Shown piece after piece: positions 35,780-47,722 of a DNA stretch of 64,000 bases. The translations under genes and the position numbers were made by a program. This stretch comes from Camelus dromedarius (lineage: Eukaryota), in assembly GCF_036321535.1 (NCBI RefSeq), contig NC_087443.1:3038001-3102000 (forward strand), given 5' to 3'. Position 1 is the first letter of the stretch, and the number at the start of each line of letters is the position of its first letter. The notes below the pieces were generated by a model. That model had not been told where the DNA came from. It ran no database searches and saw nothing but the letters and a program-made list of their open reading frames with translations.

Positions 35780-37330
35780 TGGCCGCGCCCAGCCTGGCTA
35801 GTCCCTGGCGCTACCCTGCAGGCAAGGATGAGGATGCCTGAGGCTCAGGTCCCGAAACCCCGGGAGGACCAGGGCCCCAGGGCCCCACCTCCAGCCCTCA
35901 TCTCCCCTCCTCCCAGTCCCTGGGCGACGCCGGCTCCAGGCAGAGAGATGGCCTGGGTTGGGGGGGGGGCGGGGCCGAGCGGGGAGCGCGCAGAGCAGGG
36001 CGCGGGGCGGCGAACGGGAGGCGGGGGGCGCGGGGAGTGCGCGGAGCCCCGGTGCGGGAGCCCCGGTGACGCACCTGTGACGTCGGCGGCGGCGGGCGGG
36101 AGTTCCCGGCCCCTCTCGGGCGCCCGGCGAGACCCCGCTGCCGGGTGGGCGCGTCCACGTTGGTCGCGAGGAGGCGGGGGTCAGGGGCACGCCCTCTCAC
36201 CCGCCGGAGCTGGACGCGCGCGGGTAACCCGGCACAGGGAGCGGCGCGGACACAGCACTTGGCGTCTGGGGGCCCACACTCTCCCGCGGGGCGCCGGTTC
36301 GGCCACCTGCACCCCCGCTCAGCCTCGCGTGGTCTTTCCCCTGCCCCGGCCAGGAGGCGCGGGGCGGGGCGGGGCTGCTGACGCGGCCCGGGGACCCCGG
36401 GGCGGAGGGCGGGGCGGCGCGAGGCGAGGCGCGCGTTTGCACCGCGAACCCGTCAGAGCCGAGGCGCGGGAGCCCGGGCGCGGAGCCGGAGCCTTAGCCC
36501 GCCCCGCCCCGCCCCGCGCCCGGATGAGGAGCGATGCTGCTCGGTCTGGCCGCCCCCCGCGTGCACCGCGCCGGAGACAAAGCCCGCGCGCCCCGCTCCG
36601 GGTAAGTGGGCGCCCCGCGGGCCGGCGGGCCGAGGCCTGTGGGTGGGGAGTGAATGCACAGCCCCTGCCGGGGCGAGCTGGGGGCGAGCCCGAGACAGAA
36701 GGGGAACTCGGGCGGGAAAGTCTCTGGAACTGGAGAGACGGCTCTGGTGCTGGGCCGTCCTACAGCCGTCAGTGGCAGCTCGCGAAACGAATGCCTGTGA
36801 TGCTCTCGGCCGCCCGCAGCGGGCCGGGCCTTGGCGGTGCCCGCACAGGTGGGCGGCGGCGGCGGCCCGGCGCTGACGGGAGTGGGGGCTCCCCGAACCC
36901 AGGCGCCTCCGCCGAGCCCTGGGGAGAGCCGGGCGCAGGTCTGAACAGACAGCTCGGGAAGCTTAAGGGGTCTCCTGAGGGTCGGGGTCGCCCGGCCTCT
37001 CCGGCTTGAGGCGGGGGAGGCTCCTGGGGACCCCCTTTCCGTATGTAGGTCACGGCTGTTCGCTCCCCCCTCAACAGGGATGTCCCCCGTTGGAGAGGAC
37101 CGTAGTTCAAGGGATGGAGTGGCTAGCTGGTCGTTTTATTGGGGGAAGTGCTTTTGGACTGAAGAAGTCCTCTTGATTCCCCAGCACCCCGGGACACCTG
37201 CCTCGGGTGCAGTTCCGGGGGCGACGGGGCGAGGGTTTGTTTCCCCTTTATGGCGTCTGTCCCCGAGTCGGGTGCTGAAATGGGCCGCCCTCGCAGCGCG
37301 CGCATCCCACGACATTGGGGGAGCTTCGGT
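35780..37330. promoter_or_regulatory. GNG4: CpG island / GNG4 promoter
   Basis: Very high GC and CpG density, tandem GC boxes (GGGGCGGGGCGGGG at ~36361; CCCGCCCCGCCCCGCC at ~36498), CRE-like TGACGTC at 36078, and a consensus splice donor at 36602. Confidence 0.9.
36430..36601 (+). other. GNG4: GNG4 5' exon 1 (start approximate)
   Basis: CGG|GTAAGT consensus donor at 36602-36607 inside the CpG island, upstream of the GNG4 coding exon. The TSS cannot be determined from sequence. Confidence 0.7.
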
Positions 37331-37932
37331 TTAATTTTTTAATTATCTTATAAGTAGTAACAAGGGCGGGGTGGCGGGGGAACAGAGGTGTGACTGGAGA
37401 AGACTTATGAATTTAAAAATAAGGAGGACTTGCTAATTTCTGTGGATCTTGGGCTGGGGTATTAGGAAATCCAAAAATGTTAAAGTTTGATCGAGTGATA
37501 AAGTGGATCGTGGACACCGGTTCTCCCACTCTCTTCCCAGCCCCCCGCCGCCGCCGGTTTGCTTCGCTTTCTGTTGCCGCCTAGAATGTAAAAGGCTGGC
37601 CCAGGGCCGGCCGTTTCAGTCAGAGCTAAAGGCCTGCTGGGCTGCGCTGGTGTTCCCCATTACAGCGTTGTCAGTCCTGTCCCCTGCGCATGAGTCCTCG
37701 CTGTGCTGCCTCCTTCTCCTGGTGCGACAGGAAAATCCAGTGGCAGACGCCTCAAGGAGGCCGGGAGGGGACCCAGGATCTTTGGCTGGCTTCTTGATTC
37801 TTTGGGGGAAATCCTTTTCCTGATTTTTGCCTGGTGCCGGGAAAGGGAGCCCCCGCCCTCTGATCTGACCCTGCTCCCTGCAAGGGGCTACCGTGCGAAG
37901 AACCGGGACGATCAACAGAAAGTCATTTTCAG

Positions 37933-38044
37933 TCCTGAGAAACAGGACACTGGACATGTAAACTATGAGTTGTTTATTGAAGTGTAGGCTTGGCTCAATC
38001 ACCGGTCATGATAAGGCAGGGTTACAACACTTAATAAACAGCAG
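37933..38044 (+). other. GNG4: Probable GNG4 5' exon 2 (112 nt)
   Basis: cattttcAG acceptor (37931-37932) and CAG|GTGTGA donor (38045). The 112-nt length agrees with my unverified recollection of human GNG4 exon c.-122 to c.-11. Confidence 0.6.
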
Positions 38045-38536
38045 GTGTGAATATAAATGCAAGGTTTATTGTGATGCATTGCTAGTTAATGAGTAGCCTC
38101 ACTCCGGGGTTATTGGGCTGAAATGACTATTTAGGACAATGGACCTCCTATTTGCTCCTCCACCCACACGTGGCTCCAGTCCTCAGTCTCCTTAAAATAA
38201 AATTGCTCAAAGGAAGCCTCTGGAAGATGTTTAGCCAGCTGAGAGACACACAAAGGGTCATTCCCAGGAGAGCCGCGATTGGCCAGGCAGTTCATTGCCT
38301 TTGACGTTTCTCAGGCAAGTCGACGGCAGAGAAATGAGGAAAAGGCTTTTCCTGTATTCATTTCACAGTTTTTAAAGCCAAAATGACAGTACCAGAAGCC
38401 CCCCCAAATTTCAGTACCTTCTTCGAAATGGTGGATCTGGGTGCTGTCCTCTCATCCCCCTGGTCCCTGGAAGCAAGTGCCTGGCAGCTGTCGCAGGAGG
38501 AAAGCGTTGGGCTCAGGAGTGATTGTGTATAAACAA

Positions 38537-38592
38537 ACACACACACGCACGCACACACACACACACACACACGCACACACACACACACACAC
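38537..38592. repeat. (CA)n/(CG) alternating microsatellite, Z-DNA-prone
   Basis: acacacacacgcacgcacacac..., ~0.5 kb downstream of GNG4 exon 2. Confidence 0.95.
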
Positions 38593-40854
38593 TACTGCTT
38601 ACTGAGGGAGGCAGCCAAATGGCTGAGAAAAGACTGAGAGACTGAAGTCTATTAGACAAATCATTCTCATTTGTAGCCACATCTCACCATCATTTTTCTT
38701 GTCTCATTTTTGTTCTATTTGAAGGAGGGAGAATGCCTAACAATGCAACACATGTTAGTAGGTTACCCTTTTTTCTTCATAGAAGTTTGAAGCAGTGTCT
38801 TTAAGATATTTCCTGACTTATTCTCAGAACAGCCTTATGAGCATACATTATGACCTAATCTTACAGATTTTTCCTGGTTTTATTTGGTATTTTTATTCAC
38901 TCTAGACATACTCAGGCATAAAGAGGCTCACTATTCAGGTAGAGAGATTGTTCAGTTTTCTTAAGCCAGAAACTGAAATTTAACTTCTTTAACATGCCAA
39001 AAATACTACAGAAATATCCTTTCAACAATAGCCAGCAAAGGTGTTTTAACTGAAAATCAGAGGCTGAATGATGTCAGAAAAGAAGAACAAGAGATCAGCT
39101 GCAGTGTAGAAATTAGCATAACACTGCTGAAAGGCTTGAACTAGATGGTTAAAGAATATGGAGAATAAGCCAGAGACCCTTAAAAAATGATCAGAAGTGA
39201 AAACAAAGGCAAATGAAATTTCCCTTTAGGGAAGGAAGCAGAGCCAAGAAATACCACTGCAAGAAACACATTCCGGCAGAGAAGACAATGGGTACTCAGA
39301 AAGAAATACTTGCAACAAGCTAGCTGGAGCATTCCAAATCACTTTAATTGTCAAGGAGCTTTTGTTAGGTCACCTGGCGGCTGGTGTGCAATCAGTTGTC
39401 CTGGTGGAACTTTAGCAAACAAAATGGCAGGTCTTGTGCAGATGGGGGAGAAGGGGTGTGTTGAAGATACAGTGCTTGTGGGACGGGTCCTGGGTGTCCA
39501 GGGAGAAGTGAGGACGTTTATATAGCTAGCAGAAGCCCTGAGGTTCCCAGGTATCTGAAGCAAGTGAACAACGGCCCAGCCTAGAGGACCAGGCAGCGGA
39601 GGGAGCCCAGGTCAGCGGGGTGAAGGCGGGACCAGGCTTCAGCCGGGTGCACCACGGGGGTGAGCTCATGTAATCCTTACGGTGGACCTGCAGGGTTTCT
39701 CTTTACCAAAAACACAACGGTGACCACAGTGTCCTTTCTCTCCAGGAGAATTCTGGCCGTGTATTTGTGGATGGTGGTGACTCTTAACTAACCAAGGAAA
39801 AGCATATACTAATGGGAAGTGAGCGATGGAGATGGGAGCCCCCCCCAAGGACTGCGCATGCGCCCCCTTCCAAAACAAGATTTGTTCCTCTCTCTTCTTA
39901 GGCTTCTCAAACCATTTCTCCCTGGGTGGCTGGGTTGGGTCTCTCTTGTGGGATTTGCGCTGTGAGGCTGAGGAAGTAGATAGAAGAGACGGAAGACAGA
40001 AGAAATGCTTTCAGCATCCCTCTGGGGCCCGAGGCAGCCTCTCGCCCCATCAAACGCATGCGCAGTGCGGAGCACTTGCGCTCCATCCAGAAACTGAGCT
40101 TTCCGCTTTCGTCGTTGGTCCCGGTGCGTCCTCGTGGCGCGCAAGTCCAGCTTAAGCTGTGGGGTCTTCTCTTCCACCCCCTCCCAGGGTCGCCACTGAG
40201 GAAGAGGGGCAGGGCCACAGCAATGGCAGGAAGGAAGACACTTTACGTTGTTTCAACAGTTTTCATCAGAGCACGTTTACAACTATAGCAAAAGGTGTTA
40301 CCATGAAAAGTAAATGCGCCCCCACAGTCCCACCACCCGAATTCAACTGTATTTACTACTTTCGGTGTTTCATCACACAAATATATAAAATCAAGAGATT
40401 CTTGGCAAAGCAATACACAAGTATGAAGGTCCAAGTAGGAGACATGGAATTAGAAAACAGGACGGAAAGAGCAAGGGTGTTTTTCAGAGGGTAGAAAGCA
40501 GAGCAGTGTGTGGAGGTGGCTGACGACAGCCTGTTTGTTACAAGTAGGTTATTCTCGGTGATGGCCCCTCGGGCTCTGTAGCCCGGGTTCTGGACTCTTG
40601 TCAGAGAGGCAAAGACAAGGATGGCAGACAGTAGGTGCTACCAGGACCTCTGCTGCTGGAGGAACCCCGGTTTTATCTGTAGGACCCACTGTCGCAGTGT
40701 CCTCCTCTGTCCCATCTTTCCTTATCTGTATGAGGGGCCAGGCATATCCAAGAATTGTGTCCTCTTCTGGAGTGTTTTTCCAGCCTAATTTGGGGAGGCA
40801 TCTGTCCTGTCCTGTTGCTTTGGAGTACCTGCTATGCATACCCTTTACGGAAGC

Positions 40855-41406
40855 TGTAGGAGGGGGAAAAATCTTTTCCTCTTCCCTCTTAGATTCAGTG
40901 TCTGGGGCATGTGAATTAAACTGATGACAGGAGAGATTAACAGGAGAAAAGATTTCCCAATTAATGGAGAAAGGCTTATTAGGCATGTGCATAGGAGCTT
41001 CACAGAAAAAAGAAGAGGAAATCCAAAGAAGTCTTAATACCATTTTAACAAAGGGAGATGCATTGCGAGAAAGTGACAAGACAAAGAAAAAAGGGGTTTG
41101 AGCTTCTGGGGGCAGTAAATTGTGGAAAGGTAAAAATGCGGTGAAAATTAATGGCAGATAAAGGTTATTTTAGTAAGATTTATCTGTTGGAGTCCATCTT
41201 GGTGCCGACTTCCTCCAGTGGCACTGGTTACTTTCCTTCTGGTGTGGGTAATGGGAAGGGAAACACCTTCACAAAGGGGAATTTAGGTAGAAAGGGAGAG
41301 ACCAGAGAGTTCCTCCTGTGTCTGCTGTTTTTTAATTGCCTTCAGCTCAAAATAATCCTTATGCCCAGGTGGCATATTTTGGGGTGGTATGTTCTGGTCC
41401 CCTTCA
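40855..41406 (-). mobile_element. MER34/MER39-like LTR
   Basis: The minus strand starts tgaaggggaccagaacataccaccccaaaatatgccac...aaggattattttgagctgaaggcaatt and ends ccccctcctaca. Confidence 0.75.
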
Positions 41407-44388
41407 GAATTTCCAGCAGAACCTTTCCTCAGCACAGTCTGGAGCCCAAAGCCAGTGGCATGCTACACCAGCATGAGTAATTCCGATTTGCTTTTAGTTT
41501 CTGCTCATCAGTCTTGGGAAAATTCTGGGTTTGTTTTTTTTTTTTTTTCTGTGCCCCAGTTGACTTCACTTACAACCCAGGGGCACCATTGGTCTGTAGA
41601 TAGTTATTTACCCCGTGACACCTGTGGGGCCACACGGACGAGGTAGGGTTGCAGCTTGGTTAGGGAGACAGATTACTTAAGTGTGTAAGTGTATGTTTCA
41701 TGGCATATATAGGGGGAAGCAAACATTACAGGGATGTAAAGACACAGTCTGGCTCTTGAAATTTTAAGGGCTGTGTGTCCAGGAAGGATGACGATGGAGG
41801 CTGAGTGGAGATTTCCAAAGCGTAGACCCTCGGGGGAAATAGCTAAGGGAAGCCAACAGTGAAGTGATGCCAGCTACCCGATTCTTTCTGAAACTAGGGG
41901 AGGCGTAGATGCATGAAATTGCTTTTCGTCAGCATCACAGACTCTGTTCTTCTGCTGAATTTTATCCACCAGGGACAGGGTCACTGGAGTCTTCTGCTTA
42001 CCGAAATCTTTGGGTACCCAGGTAGACCGCCTCTGCTACCCAGGTGACCCCACCCCCGTCCTCACCTCTGAGTGGCTTCACCTCATCATCTTTGGTTGGA
42101 GTTTGGTGTTTGAGCACCATTCTCCTCCCCTTGGTTGATCTGGCAGAACTGTGTCCTTCTCTGGCTGTTTCACACCGAACTGTCTCTGCTTGCTGCCTGT
42201 CCACGGCGCAGCGAGTGTGCCCACAGCCACCGCCCAGAACTGTTAAGTGGACGTTGGACAAAGCACTGTGTGTCCTGCTTGGGGAGGGAGCCCCACGTTC
42301 CCGGGCTCACTGTGCCCTCTAATGGGTCCGATTCCTCTGAACTCCCCACTTTCTCTCCAGACCCTCCCCTTGTGCTAGGATTTGTTTTAGTAACCAGTAT
42401 CTGGAGTAATTCGATCACTGGCCTGGACCCAGGCCCATTCTCTTTGTCATGGGATTTTGTCATCGCTGGAACCTGCCACCCCTCCCAGCCTTCCTGGGGT
42501 TGACACCCTTTCCCTGGTTTTCCTGAGCATTCCTGCTGCAAGCCATGTTCATCCCAACCACTGGGCTCTCTGGGAGGCCTTTTTCAATGCCTGTATTTTG
42601 CTGAAAGTAATAGATGTGTTTCTGAAAGACTGCACGTCAACCATACGTTTTTAAGACACTCATTTACTGGACGCGGGACAAGCACCGATAGTCCTTGCAC
42701 CAGACGTCTTGCTAGCAATTTAAAGACAAGATATAGTCATGCCCTTCAGAGAACTCACAATCAAGAGGGAGTGTGTGTGTGGAAACAGCTCGCCTCTGGG
42801 CTAATGCTCTGAGAGCCACGTTTACAGTGATCCTGGGAGCATCCGTTCTCCCGGAGAGCAGTGAGATGCAGACAGGGCCTGCCCACCACGCTCCTGTCTT
42901 AAGTGGGCCCTGGAAAGCTGGGTCACATTTATCAATCCGGACAAGCAAGAAAGGGCTTTCCAGGCAGAAGGATCAGCCTGTGCAAAGGCCCAGAGTTATG
43001 AAGGTGCTGCGGGGAGAGTGGAAAAGACAGATGGTAGGCAGGCTATGAAGACTCGTGAGTGACATGTAAGAGTCTGTTCTGTGAGGAACAGCGATCCCAG
43101 GCAGGTGTTAATCGGATGCAGGATTTAGCAGGTCCCAGCCTTGGTCCTCTGACTGTGGCTGCCATGTGGGGCATGCAGGAGACCGAGGGCAGGGAGAGCT
43201 GGGAAGGCTCACTGCCGTCTCTCTGGGATGCTCAGGTGCTTGCGTTGCTGTCTGACCAGAAATGGACGGGAGGGGAGAGGCTGGTATGGGGGATCCCACG
43301 GTTTCCAGTTTGGGGCTGAATGGAGAGGACATCACGACCTGATTTAGTGAATGAAAGAGGAGGAGCGAGTGGACGAGTGGAGAGAAAGAGGAGGACAGGC
43401 CAGGTGAGGAGGTGCTGTCCAGGTGAGCCGAAGTCTGGCTGGAGACAGAGACCGAGTCGCCGGTACCCAGGTGCAGCGAGGTGGTGGGGAGACTGCCTCC
43501 CCACCAGGGGGTGGCCAGGAAAACGAAGTCAGGAGGTTCTGCAGAACAGATGCAAAGTTTGGGGCAAAACCAAAATGATTCTGTAAAGTGTGTACTCTTT
43601 CAAATGCAAGTTTTCATGTTTGAAAGTCCCTTAAAAGGGACCCTACCCCCACCTCCTGTCTGTGCGAAGCCGCCACAGACCCGCCACCACCCGCCTCCCT
43701 GGTGACTCACTCTGTCTGTGTTCAAGCCGTGGCAGCCCCGCTCCTTGTTTGTGATTCCTTCGTCCCCCCGGTGTTCTGGATTTGATGCCACGCTGATGTC
43801 AGGGATTACAGTTCATCAGCCTTCGGTGAGAGCGGGTGTCTAGCCAAGGGTGAGTTTCTGCTCTGTTTTTCCCCAACCTCCTGGTCCCCCTCCACCCACC
43901 CCCAAGCTCTGGTGGCCGAGGGTGGAAGGCTGGGCCCTGGCCCTGCTTCTCAGTAACCGTAGCAACTCACCTAGGCCGCCCACGGTTGGCCCAGCCCGGC
44001 CAGCTCAGCCTCCTTCGGGTCCTTCATGCACAGCCTTCTCTCCTTGGACCTCTGCTCCTAGCTGTGCGACCCCCCCCCCCCGGGGTGGGGTTTGCCCCCT
44101 TTCCTGCACGGCCCCTCACTCTGCTCTACTAGGCTTTCCTGGCCGTACTTTCTGAGCGCTGGGAATACAGCAGTGGAAAAGGCGGGCCATGGAGGGGAAA
44201 CCAAACAGTCCAGCCCGCGCAGAATTTATGGTTTAGGAGAGATGTCAGACCCAGAGTACTGTCAGGAAACCAAAAATCATCTGAATAAGCAAAGTAACAG
44301 ATAAGCATTTAAAATGCAATCAGTGCTTGGGAGAAAAAACAAGGAAGGGGAGCTAGGGAGTGCCAGGGCAAGGTTGTTATGGGTTTGA

Positions 44389-44528
44389 TTTTATTTGGGG
44401 GGCAGTAATTAGGTTTTATACATTCATTTACTTATTCAAATTTTCTTTTTAATGGAAGGACTGGGGATTGCACCCAGGACCTCGTGCAGGCTAAGCACGC
44501 GCTCTAGCACTGAGCTGCACCCCTGCCC
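44389..44528 (-). mobile_element. tRNA-Ala-derived SINE (Vic-1 type)
   Basis: A-box/B-box tRNA-like head plus the aaacctaattactgcccc tail shared with the other copies. Confidence 0.85.
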
Positions 44529-45552
44529 TGATGTACCGTCTTGACGCGTGGCCTGGCCAGCGGCAGTCAGTTTAGTTAGTGATGAGCTGTTCCTTCCATT
44601 TTCACACACCTGTTTTGGGAACCGTGTATTTGTAGCGCAATCTGTCTGTAAAATTCGGGGTCGATCCGTGAGTGGTTCCCAAACCTGGTTCCGTAACAGA
44701 ATCGCTTTGGGTAGTTTTCAGAAACAGGGCTTCTTGCCTCAGCTGTGGACAGTCTGGTTTGGCAGGTCTGGGCTACAGCTTGGGAATCTGTGTTGTGAGG
44801 GTTACAAATCACTGACCCAGATGATGTCCATGGGTCCTTCTTCGCCACTGATAACCCGAGCCTGCCCAACATCAGCGCCATTTCCCAGGCTGGCTTCCCC
44901 CATCCACCTGGAGCTGAGAGACAGGACTCCCGGCTGACACACCTGCGGGAGCCCAGGCCTCCTTTCCAGGATGCCCCTGTGCCTGTGTCTCCCCTGCGTT
45001 TCACGAGAGAGCCTCCTGGATAGGGAAACAAGCTACTTGCCCTGAAGAACCACATCCTCGCAGAGCACGGTGACCCCAGAACACAGACATCCCTGTCTCT
45101 GCTCCCCTCCTGCAGGGAGCAAGCACCCCATGGCCCTGGCCCCCCCGCAGGTCGCACCCTTGTTTGCTGGGGAGTCGGGAGGGACCCTTGGTTGCTGAGA
45201 CGTGTGAAGGCTGCCGAGAGCCAGGTGCCAGGGGTCGGGACGCAGAGATGAGAAGGCATCCAGCACCTGAGGAATCTACTATCTAGTGAGGGAGACAAAT
45301 GACTATAACACCGCTCGGACCCGAGCACAGGTCCCCCCTGAACACAAACCCAGCCTAGGTCAGGAAGGCTTCCAGAAGGCTCTCAGAATTTGGCCAAGTG
45401 AAAGGAATGGGGCAGAGCCAATGACAAGTGGAAGCTTGCCAGGCGGAGAGTTTCTGGTTGAGCAAGAAATAGTAATGCTAATAACAGCAGCTGACATTTG
45501 TTGACTGCTTGCTGCATCCTCGACTCTAAGTATTTACTCCGTGGTAACTGTC

Positions 45553-46110
45553 GTGGTAGGAAAAACAACGCTCCCCCACGGCCACACCCTCAGAGCTGGA
45601 GTGTGTGAGTCTGTTACCTTGAAGGCAGACGCGACTTTGCAGGTGTGGTTAAGAACCTTGAGGTGGGGGGATTCTCGTGGATTGTTTGAGGGGCCCCAGG
45701 TAATCACTGGTGTCTTTATAAGAGGAGGGCAGGAGGGTCGGACAGACTGAAGGTGCCACCCTGATGGCTTTGCAGGTGGAAGAGGGCCTCGAGGAAGGAG
45801 CGGAGGCACCTCTGGAAGCTGGAAGAGGCCAGGAAATGGTCTCCCCAGAGCATCCACCGGCAGCTCTAATGATGCCATGGACTTCCGAACTCCAGCGCTG
45901 TCGGGGTGGGGGTGTGGCTCAGAGGAAGAGCATGTTGCTGGGTGTGCGCAAGGTCCCGGGTTCAATCCCCAGTGCCTCTGTTGGGGGGGGGGGGAATAGG
46001 GCGTAATTCACAACAGCAACAAACTCCAGCACTATAACATTATACACTGGCGTCGCTTTAAGCCGTAGTTGGTGGTAATTCATTGCAGCAGCAACAGGGA
46101 ACAAACACAA
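45553..46110 (+). mobile_element. MLT1D-like MaLR LTR containing a Vic-1-type SINE (45903-45981)
   Basis: ctgttaccttgaaggcagacgcgactttgcaggtgtggttaag...aagccgtagttggtggtaattcattgcagcagcaacagggaacaaacaca. Confidence 0.75.
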
Positions 46111-46974
46111 CTATGCTCCTCCTGTGCTCCTCCCATCCTGCAGCCAAGAGGTCAAGTAACTCACCCAAAATGGTAGAGCAAATCATCTGTCCAGGATTCA
46201 GAAGGCGACCGTGCGGCCCCAGGCCCTGCCGCGCCTTGCCCACGCGCACTCCTCTCCTGCCGGCCGCGGGCTAGGAAGCATCAGGGCTGCAGGAGGCTGT
46301 CAGAGGGCCGGAGACGGGGAGCGTGCGCCGCTGAGCTGGCAGGAGCCCGGACCCCAGAGGCCCTCCTGGGCCGACTGGAGAGGGTGGCTCCCCGCCCCCC
46401 GCTTGCCGGTGCTCCTTTTTGGGGTTCCACTCAAGGCCGTGCCGGACTGCGGGCACCCGCTGAGGGCAGAGGTCAGCTCCTTGGTCCCTGCACCCCCTGC
46501 CCTACCTGAGGCCAGGTGCACACTGAGCTGTTTGCTGATACAAACCTCTACCTGGTCTTCACTATCAGATGGTTTTTAAACACTTCCCCAGTCGGATGGT
46601 TAAGCAGATACTCTGGTTAAGCACAGCATCCTCATGCATTTTGAAGTCTCCTGTCTTCAAATATCTGTTCCTATCTTAAAAATCCTTTATTCATTCTAAC
46701 TCTTTCTCTCTCTAATATAAAGCATCCCCCATCCCTTACTCTTTGACTGAAATAGGTGGTCAGAGGAATTTTGAGGCAGCGTTATGGTTGTTTTTCATAT
46801 TAAACACAATAAGCATTACCTGAAGCCACACTTCCCGAGATGTCTGCTTAATTGATATTCCAAGTCTTTCACAGGCTGTGCTTAGGTTTTCAGGGCAGCA
46901 ATAGCTAACATTTGATTAGCATTTTGTAGCTGCCTGAAAGCATCCTCGTCCTCCCATCAGCTTGATCTTTTCAG

Positions 46975-47090
46975 AAATGCTCGGGGGCGGGCATGTTCAT
47001 CCTTGTTCCGAAATGAGGAAACTAAGGCTTGAAGAAGTTGAATGTGGCCGAGACACACAGCAGAGCCAGGTGGAGACTCAGGGATTCCAC
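46975..47090 (-). mobile_element. MIR fragment
   Basis: aaatgaggaaactaaggcttgaagaagttgaatgtggccgagacacacagc. Confidence 0.65.
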
Positions 47091-47211
47091 ACTTCCTCTG
47101 TTGCATTATTTGCCCCTGAAGGGGAAAAAAATGACCCAGAACATCCACACAAGGAATCAGGTACCAGATTCCAGGTCATGTTTCCTTCCCAAGTACAGAA
47201 GTAATATGCCC

Positions 47212-47338
47212 GGGGAGTGGGAGGGTGCAGCTCAGTGGTAGAGCGCATGCTTGCACGAGGTCCTGGGTTCAATCCCCAGCACCTCCACTAAAAATAAATA
47301 AATAAACCTAATTACCTCCCTGCACCACAAAAAAGAAA
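47212..47338 (+). mobile_element. tRNA-Ala-derived SINE (Vic-1 type)
   Basis: gagggtgcagctcagtggtagagcgcatgcttgcacgaggtcctgggttcaatccccagcacctcc + (TAAA)n + cctaattacc. Confidence 0.9.
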
Positions 47339-47722
47339 CAGTCCCCTAGATGGAGGTGGAAGAAAAGGTCCCTGGCTCTTGTCTGGGCTGGATAGTGGTG
47401 CCAGATTTTCAGCTGTTAATAGGCTGGTTAAAGGAAGTTGAGTTACCTCCCTGCGTCCAGCCTTCGACTTCCTCAGGGTGGGACCCAGAATTAGCACCAG
47501 AGGTCTCCAGATCCAGGTCTGCACCGGGAGCCCTGTGTGGACTGAATCCAGGACGCCCTGCTTTCGTGTACCGCTCACTTGCAAATGCACGTGGACATCT
47601 TTGGGATCAGTAAGATAAAGTGCGTTTAAGTGTCTTACTGAGTTCTTTAGATCACTTTGTATCTTCTGAGTCAATAGATACTGAAAGCACGGCCCTAAGG
47701 GAAGCTGTATTTTTTAAAAACT

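Noticed and set aside
35507-37009. 500-aa ORF over the GNG4 promoter
   Set aside because: Low-complexity Gly/Arg/Pro/Ala translation of a CpG island, where stops are scarce. It runs through the exon 1 donor and has no recognisable domain.
39040-39380. A-rich segment translating to a coiled-coil-like frame with several stops
   Set aside because: No motif I can assign; could be old L1 or Tigger sequence or unique DNA. Needs a Dfam or BLAST search.
43501-43514. CTCF-like CCACCAGGGGGTGG
   Set aside because: Mismatch at a core position and embedded in L2-like sequence; a single weak motif is not supportable.
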